From Epiperipatus broadwayi (taxonomy: Eukaryota > Animalia > Onychophora), in assembly GCA_028023455.1 (NCBI GenBank), contig JAQFVV010000004.1:23064001-23128000 (forward strand): 64,000 nucleotides of DNA. The letters are read 5' to 3'. The translations under genes and the position numbers were made by a program. Numbering within the stretch: the stretch's first letter is position 1; every line of letters begins with the position of its first letter. Under the pieces are notes generated by a model. The model saw only the letters and a program-made list of their open reading frames with translations, searched no databases and was not told where the DNA came from. Below are positions 54,954-64,000 of the stretch, one piece after another.

Positions 54954-56749
54954 ATGTATTTTTTTTATTACAAACAATTGAAATCAAAATAATCGCTTTG
55001 GGTTGTATATACTCTCAAAATAACACTAGACAGTTTAAAATAACTAAGATAATTTTAATGAATAAATATAATGATTATTTTTTCAGATGTTACCAGGAAA
55101 GAAAAAACCCAATTATTATTTCTTTTCTGACTGTTGTTCCATCAAAATTTGCAAAACATCTTAATTCAAAACCACACACACATCAGATTTAGTGAAAATA
55201 AATGATCAATTTTTTTAATGCTATTGACACAATCTGCAAAATATCTCTTTTTAAAGGCAGTCATCAAATTTATTGCTAAATATCTTCAATAGTATTCAGA
55301 GACTGTTTGTGGCTCCAAATATATATATATAAAATTTAGAATACCAACTAAATGATTACTTTTTCTCTGGAAAACCTTTTGTTTTTTTTTAATGAGAAGT
55401 TATACCTTAAATCTTGTACTTACTTACCTATAAATAGTGTCATATGTTAGGTCTTTAAAAAATCACATTAAACAATTCACATAAAAAAAAATAATAATAC
55501 TTTATTTCTATCATTGCTACATTATTACTATTTTCAGTACTGAATTTGTCATTACTGATGATCTATACAAGTGTAAAAAACCATTTTTACATCACCTTTT
55601 CTGTTTTTTTTTTTCTGGCAGGCAAGAAAACTTTAAATAGGATTGCACAAACATATAATTATTTGCAGAATAAAAACTCCTGTTCTAAATCCAGTTTCAA
55701 AGTAGTCATTAAAATATTGCTTCATCCAAGATTACAACTAAAAATGCCCAATCTGATAAATCTATCCCTATTAATTGCTTTCTTAATGCTGGAGGCTTTT
55801 ACAGAATACAAATGTGTTTTCAAAAGCACATATTGTTTCAATTGATATAGGGAAACAATAAATGGCATGAAACTCATCATTATCAAATTGTACGTAAGAT
55901 TATGGGGCTCTAAAATATTAATGTAAAAAAATGAAAAAGCAAACACAGAAAATAGAAATATGTTAAAAACTATATCTAGACTTAGACATCAGGTAATATT
56001 AGTTTATTTCCAGTTAACTTTTATGATTCTACACAACGGACTATCAGTAGAATAAATGCATTCAACAATACATTTTATTAATAACTGCACATAACAATGA
56101 TTTTCCTTGTGGGGAAGAATCCATAAATTTTGAAATTATGTTCCTAAAAATATATAGTTTGCAATGAAATGAGACTGATCAACTTCTAATTCAATTAATT
56201 CCAGACCAATTAAATACTTCAAATCCATAGAGGCTTATTAATAGAAAATATTTTATTGCACATTAAAATGTAATTCAAATTATTAATAACATATGAAAAA
56301 CTTATTACAATATTTTTTTTATTGCAGTTAATCCCCATCATTATTTGAAGTTGCTGCAATTGTAGCCAAAGTTTATGCTGTTTAATCTGATAAATTATTG
56401 GTATTTGGTTTCTCTTAATTTTTTTAAAAGATGCCCCGATTCAGTTGCTTACCATTATAAATATATATATCATAAATCTCATGAAAGCAGACAAACTATC
56501 ATTTATGAATTGTTTTATTATAGTAAAAACACATAACCTTGCATCCAATAAGATTAAAAACATGCCTATGATTTTCATCAAATGTATTTTCTTGAAGTTG
56601 GTACTTAATCACTGCAAGTCTCTTCTTGAAATACCTATCTTTGCAATTAGAACAATTCATTAGTAAAAAAAAAATAAAAAAATAGCTGCTACCCCTAACT
56701 ATGTAATTAGACAGTTGTTTTTTTCTGAAGACTAATTGTAATATATAGA

Positions 56750-57460
56750 CTAGCATTTTGAATGTTGGTTTATGAAAAGATTATTCCGTAATGATTATAA
56801 AAAATTTACTCTAGCTGAGCATTCTTTTGGCCAATGAAGCCAGAATCATAGCAGTAGCAAACAGCAGGGCATGTATAGAATTTAAATAGAATATTAATTT
56901 TCCTACATTGGTAATTTAAATATTTTAGAAAGTTGCACCGGTCTCTTTTTTGTTGATTGCATGAGAATTGTTAAGAAATATACCACACCTATAATCTTCG
57001 CTTTTTGTCGTCACATTCAGTACATACAATGATAATCTTTATGGGTCAAAAGGGTGGCTTAAATCCTGCTCATCCTCAAGGAAAACTGATTTGTATTTTA
57101 ATCATTTTTCACATGTTTATATTCAGGTAGCAATGTTTGTGCAGGACGTTTCATAGTATACAGATCTACAGAACGCATTACTGCATCATATTTTCTATAC
57201 TATTTGAGGAGTTTGATCTTGGGATTTGTCCTGTGTTAATAACTTGTTTAAGTTAGGGGTTTTCAATCTGATACATTAGAGCCGATTTTTTTCTCCATTT
57301 TTTGCTAAAGCTTTGGTATATAGTAAGGCAGACTTATCAAAGGTTTGTTGTTTTACCTGTTGTATAGGTACCCAATTTATTTTGTTATAACATTTTTTAA
57401 CAGTATTAATTTTTTCTTAAACCAAGATTCAAAACACTAATATACATAATTCTTACTATA
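56750..57460 (-). mobile_element. Second Penelope-like GIY-YIG remnant with short flanking inverted repeats
   Basis: Minus strand ISLPYYIPKL..KTPNLNKLLTQDK..TPQIV*KI*CSNAFCRSVYYET..TNIA, homologous to 22345-22830. ~56755-56790 is the inverse of ~57412-57450. Confidence 0.8.
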
Positions 57461-59205
57461 ATATATTAGTAGTGATTTAAACTTCTTTATTTTCACCTAG
57501 CAAGAATTGTTTAGTAAAATTTGGAGACACTACAGATCCCCCCCCCCCCCGGAATGAATTGTAAAAACTTGTTCGGAGTAATAACTTCATGTATAATTTT
57601 ATAAGCACGTAAATGCTGATGTTCCTTTTGCATTACACCCACAGTAGAATTTATGAAATCTTTCTGAATTTCACCCATGAAAATGTAACAAGTATGCTCT
57701 AAACAAATCATAAAAAATTACTATTATTTCTCTAAATAAAAGTAAATATTGCTATTGTTTTGCTTTGCCAGATAATGAATGTTGTTACATATTAAACTTT
57801 TTTAATTATTGTTTCTACAATTTATATATATATTCATTGTTGTTAGGTATAAGCCAAAATGCAAACCCATATCAGCAATTATTTCATTTCCCTTACTTTG
57901 TTTAATCATCTCTATTTAAATATTTAACCAGATTACATCACATTTTTTATTGCTTTAAATAACTTTCCTAAATACTTTGTCATTCATGGTAGATTAAAAT
58001 AAATAAATTCAAAATAACTTTATTAGGGTCTGAGCATTTTTATATTCACACTACCATAATGTAATTGCAAACCAACTATGAAGTAATCGAAAACATTTTC
58101 CTTTAAAAAACAATTTTATATAAATTTTAGAATTGCATAAATTATTTAAATTGAAATATTTACAATATAAATTTTAGAATTACATAAATAATTTGAATTA
58201 AAATATTTACAGAGATAAATTTATTTATAAAACTTCACTCTAACAATTAATACAATCGAAGAATAGAGAATATTTTAATATATAGCTAAACGCTAATAAA
58301 TAATGTAGACAAGTGAATGACAAGCAATTAAATTTTCTAGAATTTATTATACTTTTTTTATTTATGTATACTTATTTTAATCACTTCATTCTAAAATTAT
58401 GATTGCTGCATTAAATATTTAGTTATATATTTCAGATGGTTGGTTTTTAAGCTTAAACTGTTCATAACATTCATTGACTTCTTTATAGCATTGATATATT
58501 TTAAATAAATTTGATAATAAATAATCTAAGATTAAATAAAATTTATAGCATCAAAATAAGTTTTCATTCCATATAGGAACCTTTTCAAAATATTACTAAA
58601 GATTATATGATATAAACTAGACAATTTACACCTTGAAAGTTGACTATCTAAAATGAGGTTTTATATCAAGAGAAAAAAAAATTAACCATGGAACAATATG
58701 CAAAAAATTAAATTAATTTTACTATTTTTAAAACAATTTGAAATGATCAAAGAATGACAAATTAAAACTTGGATCAATTGACTTTTTAAAATAAATGTAA
58801 AGATTATGAAATTATGCCTGTATCTTGCAAGATTAAAATTAGTAGCAATATGAATAACAGATTGTGTAAAAAAAAGTTAAAATATATTTATAAATAAGAA
58901 TATTAAAAAATACAAAAGGAAAAAATGTTCTTAAAGTATATATATCTAAATAATTATTTGAGTATGTTGAAACATTTTTTAATAGTTCACAGTAGTAAAT
59001 TGCAATACGAGCTATACATATAATATGAAAAGAAAGTAGTTAATAATAAAGAAATGGGATTGAAAAACAAAACGGTAATCATTTTAAAATAAAAAATAGT
59101 ACGGGAAATAAAAAAAGATTAGTAAATATATAAAATGCTATTTTTACAAAGGCTCTATATATATGTTAATGTGTATAAAAGAATAATTTAAAAGCAGATA
59201 TATAT

Positions 59206-59500
59206 TATAACGGGACGCCGGTTTTCACCAGAAAAAAGATATGCATTTTACTACAATCAAACTTTAGGTCTTCAAGTAGAATGCTAGAAACAAATCGATG
59301 AAATACTAAGTCTAAGATTACATCCATCTTTATTATGCTAGCTCAATAATTTTTAAATAAATTTTGATATAATTTAGACTAGTTCATCCATCTCTCATCC
59401 TTCTTTCAGTCATCATTATGCCACGATATTCAAACTCATGGAGAATTTGCAATTAGCTCTTTTCAGGAATGATTTTAAAACAAGTCATTATCTAATATGC
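59206..59500 (-). mobile_element. Possible terminus of a third LTR-like copy in reverse orientation
   Basis: atatat|TATAACG at 59206 is the inverse of the CGTTATA|atatat end at 28401; other similarity is weak. Confidence 0.3.
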
Positions 59501-59963
59501 CTTTATATAAGCATTAACTAATAATTGATATTCATATGATGTTTATAATATTAACATATATATAGAATTGTTATGTAACTAATAATGATTATGTATTTAT
59601 TTATAAACATAATATAATATAATAATGATTAGGCAAAGAGATCAAGTTAATAACTCAATATTTAATAAACAATAAAAAAATATATAATGTAAAAGATAAA
59701 TAAAATATTAATAAATAATATTCCCATCTAATATCCTATGATAAAATTCTATGTTATAATAAACTATTCAAAAGTAAAGAATATAATTTAAATTAACAGA
59801 TATATAAAACAATATATAAATTTAAAAATTAATAATTTAAATAACTTATTAATTTATTTATAGTCTTTATTCTTATGTTTCATAATTATTAATATATAAG
59901 TACTATTTACAATTATATAACTTATACTCTTATTTTTCTCCTTCACTTTTTTTGCATATCTTC

Positions 59964-60182
59964 ATATAATCATATATATTATTATAATACTTCACTCATA
60001 TACATTTTAATGCAATTAATTTTCTTAAAAACTTCTTTATTTTCTTACAACTGTAAGGAAGATGGAGCTCTGAAGAAGACTGCTGGACAGTCGAAACTGT
60101 AAGAAAATAAAGTTTTTAAGAAAATTAATTGCATTAAAGTGTATATGAGTGAAGTATTATAAATAATATATATGATTATATA
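59964..60182. repeat. Fold-back repeat centred on a hammerhead-like core
   Basis: 59964-60048 is the inverse of 60098-60182. The centre has CTGAAGA-A-GACTG ctgga CAGTC-GAAAC (60070-60097), but stems I and III are not well formed. Confidence 0.7.
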
Positions 60183-62499
60183 ACTTATATATTATATGCA
60201 TTTAGAATAAAATAAATACATTAAATGTTTATATTATATTGTAATTATAATAATCCTATTTTTAAATATCTGTTAAATAGTAACCATTTTTTTATACTTC
60301 ATCAAATTTTGATGAATTATGTCAAACTTTTAATTTATGTTTACAATATTAAATTTGGATATTCCTATTAAAATGAAACCATGCCAAATTTGAAATAAAA
60401 ATAATAAACATATTAAAATAATATAAATATTATTATAATATATATAAATAAATAAAAAAAAAACTTATTTTCCAGAGTTAAGAATAAATCTTTAAGTCAG
60501 TAGTTCATAATCCTAATGGAGTTGTCTTGTGAAGTATATTAATCCATTGGTATAGCGATTATTTAATCATCCTTAATTGATAAATTATTAATATTATTCA
60601 ATGATTTGATTGATATAAGATAAAGTAGATATCCTTCGAATATTTATGTTCTTATTCTCCATTTTTCTATTATTACTAGACGTTCTATACAACAAATATT
60701 TCAAATTAGCATGTAAGTTGGTTTCGAAACCTTTACGATACAAAATTATTCTACTCACAGCACATTGTTAGATTCTTTATATATATATATAATTATTTTA
60801 AATATATATATATGTAGAATAACGAAGTGTTAAAATAACGTAGTTTCCAAAAACTCAAACAGATGTTCTTTTCTTTTTATATTGCTATTCTTTTTTTTAA
60901 ATTTAAAAGAAAATTAAAATATTTTCCTTGTAATTCTTTTAATCTATAGGTTTTAATTTGGAACAGTTAATATTTAATTCCAATGTTGAATAGTAATATT
61001 TTTATAAAAGAAAAAGTTATTTAAAAAGAAATCATTTTCTTTTCTTCTCTTCAATAACAAAAAACCCAATGAATCTCCTCGTGAGTTTTGTTTCAATTTC
61101 ATGCTTAATTTAAATATTAATTGTTATCAATATTATGATCTAATAATAAAATATGTATATAAAATTATTTATTATCAATTTCAAATCTGGTAATTACTTG
61201 AAAGCTTGACATTATGGTATGTATTATTTAAAATTTATATGTATATATAAATAGTATATATGTATATGTATACATATTAATATAGTCAAATAGATTTTAT
61301 ATTTATAAATAGTTTCATTAGAGATAAAAGTATGTTAAGTTAATAATAACTGGAAGTTTCTATTACATTATATATTATAAAGGGTTGGAGGATCAGAGTG
61401 GTTGTACCTGGGGTGATGGAAAAACATCATTACCCCCCTTTCAAAATATAAATATAAAATTTCAAATAAAGTATATAAAGAAGTATCATATTTAAACAGA
61501 TATTAAAGTAATATATTAAAATATTTAATATCAAATATATATATATATTAATAAAATAGCATGAGAGATCATGAGAACTCTTTGAGAGTTCAATCCAGTT
61601 AACTCAATAGAGCAACTAAAAGTATAATTAACCATACATCAACCAGCACTATCAATAAGTAAAAGTAATTATAAGTAATACCCAAAAGAAATAACCATTC
61701 ATCACCATGAATGATCAACAAAATCAAAATAAATCAACAATCTTATGACCAGATTTGAAATGGGTCTACTGTAGACCAGGCTAACTATTGAGCCTTTGCC
61801 AGCTTGGGGCAATTATTTACACATAATTTGGGATGAAGTACTAATCCATCTGAATATATAACCATAAAAACAATAATGTTTGGATATTAAATATTAATAT
61901 TATCCATTAATATATTTAAACATTACTTTAATATCACTTGAAATATTTTTCCATCCACGACCACATTGATTACCCTATCCCATTATAATATATACTCAAA
62001 AATTAATAATATTAACACAAAACAGAAACATAATGAAATGCAAAGATAAATCTATTTTAAAACAAACTGAAAAAAGTAGATAATGAAATTTTAATAATAA
62101 GCAAAAATAAAGGATCCAGGGTTTATGTTTTGGATGAATTATAATATACAGAAAAGTAACGGAAAATAGAAAAAACCAAGCATATAACAAAATAAAAATA
62201 TGATAAAGCCAAAATACACAATTTAATTGAATTATAGAAAATTGGATTTAATTAATGAAAAAGAGCACAGTGTCTTTGATAAAGTAAAAACACACAGAAA
62301 ATATGCTGGTATGGCCAATCTTAGATTTAAAATTATATTTTTTAAGGAGCTATGTAATATAGTATTGTTATTGCAAAGACGTAATTAAATTAAATATATT
62401 AAAATTAAATGTCACTGATGCATTTTTTGGTAATAATTTACTAGACAAAGACTGCACCATCAGGCGCCGTTTATGTGCTAAAGTACATAATGCCGTTTC

Positions 62500-62590
62500 C
62501 TCGGCCGACAGCATATTCGAACCCGCGTTTACTACAACACTTGTGTTGTGTTACATATTGCAAGCCGCTTTGACGCATCACAGTAAATAA
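62500..62590 (-). mobile_element. Degenerate tRNA-like/SINE head upstream of the Merlin ORF
   Basis: Minus strand gcggcttgcaa...gcGGGTTCGAAT, similar in layout to 40395-40475. Confidence 0.35.
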
Positions 62591-62829
62591 TTTTTGCGAA
62601 TTCGCACACTTCATACCTTTTTATGACTTCGTGTGAGGCTGTGTGTATTTGAATTCTATGAAAATCATTTTTTTTTTTTTAGTATTGAACTAAAGAGATT
62701 TTAAGTAATAATTATCCGACACGTTACATAATTCTACATTGAAGTCTTAAGCATCAAAACCTTGTCCAAATAAATGTGTGAAGATAGTTTGAATTAGGTA
62801 ACGCGTCAAGTAAAGTACTGCCCGTAACA

Positions 62830-63735
62830 TTCCAGGAGACCAACAAAATGGTGCAGGAAATCCCACATCTTGTTCGATTCTGTGATTTAACAGTAACAGA
62901 ATCAGATGCTGTCATTTTTGCAAAGAATGAATGTGCTTCCACATTCAATGAGATGCAATTGTGGATCAGCAATGAAATTATTCTGTGCAAAAAGTACCGC
63001 TCAATTTTGCTGTCCGTTGCATTCATGCAAGTGAGCGGAACGTGTCCAATTTGAAAGACGAGTTGGTTTGATGGCTTCGGAATAGCATTGGTTCAAGATG
63101 TACGGGTTATTTATTACTGGAGCCATGAATAGTTGAGTGTCCAAGCTGTCCAGACAGATCTGTCGATCGGCAAAAATGCCATTTTGCATTGGACCAACGG
63201 TCTGCAGGAGATTGTTCTGAGAGTTTGGCAGTTCAACCGTGCTGTCAAATCGGTGGGCCCAGTTTGACAGTTGAGGTGGATGAAACTTTAGCAGGAGGGA
63301 AAACCGTCAGGGAAGAGTACTACCTCAACAGTGGATTTTTTATTGGGGAGGGAGTGCGTGAGACACGTGATTGTTTCTTAAAATGTGTTCCTTGCTGATC
63401 TGCATTCACACTTAAGCAGGCCATCAAAGACAATGTGAAGTCCGGATCGACTATCTTCTCAGACTGTTGGGGATATAAGTCCGTTGATCTTGAGGCGTCA
63501 GGATTCCATCATATGATTGAATCACACCTACAACTTTGTGGATCCTTCCACGTGTGCTCATACGCAAACCACTGAGCATCTTTGGGGCCTTTTAAAGTGG
63601 AAAATCAGAAACGTGGAACACACCGTCAAGTTCTGCCAAACTACTTTGCAGAATTTATGTGGCGACGTCTCCACAAGGATGAACGTTTTCCTGGCCATCC
63701 TTGCAGAGATGTCTTTGACACCACACTCCCAGTAG
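62830..63735 (+). mobile_element. Merlin (ISXO2/IS1595-like) transposase pseudogene
   Basis: IGGPSLTVEVDET, GVRETRDCFLKCVP, SGSTIFSDCW and NHTYNFVDPST..HTQTTEHLWG across frameshifts. Confidence 0.85.
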
Positions 63736-63749
63736 AATTTTTGTAAAGT

Positions 63750-64000
63750 ATTGACTTGTTTATTTTGAAAAATGTTTTCATATTTTTTTTTAATGTTTAC
63801 CTAACAAAAATTTCCTTTTGTCAAATAGCGTTTGAAGTTGCTAATGTAAATGAAAGTTATTTTGTAAATTTTTAATATTTGTTGTTTTTTTGACTTGTTT
63901 ATTTTTAAAAATATTTTCATTTTTTAATGTTTACCTAACAAAAATTCCCTTTTTGCAAATAGCATTTGAAGTTGTTCGTGTAAATCGAAGTTATTTTTGA
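63750..64000. repeat. Tandem duplication of a ~140-bp unit, running off the window end
   Basis: ttgacttgtttatttt..aatgtttacctaacaaaaatt..caaatagc.tttgaagttg occurs at ~63750 and ~63890. Confidence 0.8.

Noticed and set aside
317-63189. Most 60-106 aa ORFs in the supplied track
   Set aside because: Low-complexity F/I/L/K/N-rich translations expected by chance in very AT-rich DNA, or antisense to transposon ORFs (e.g. 49943-50386).

Overview
Very AT-rich eukaryotic (probably arthropod) DNA made almost entirely of intron or intergenic sequence and decayed mobile elements. The only host gene I can recognise is the first coding exon of RBM39/Caper on the minus strand (MADDFDVEAMLEAPYRKE, 5283-5336). 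About 670 nt downstream of it lies a candidate stop-containing (poison) exon. The rest holds remnants of hAT, mariner, Tigger and Merlin DNA transposons, RTE-type LINEs, two Penelope (PLE) GIY-YIG fragments, two related ~2-kb solo-LTR-like elements and many fold-back inverted repeats. The most striking signal is a set of short non-coding elements carrying minimal type I hammerhead ribozyme (HHR) folds, in at least four unrelated sequence contexts. These include a very young ~405-nt retrozyme-like unit with a perfect 63-bp terminal redundancy (23946-24415) and a tRNA-headed, HHR-bearing SINE-like inverted dimer (17995-18575). All calls were made by eye from motifs; no database searches or folding calculations were run, and many boundaries are approximate.
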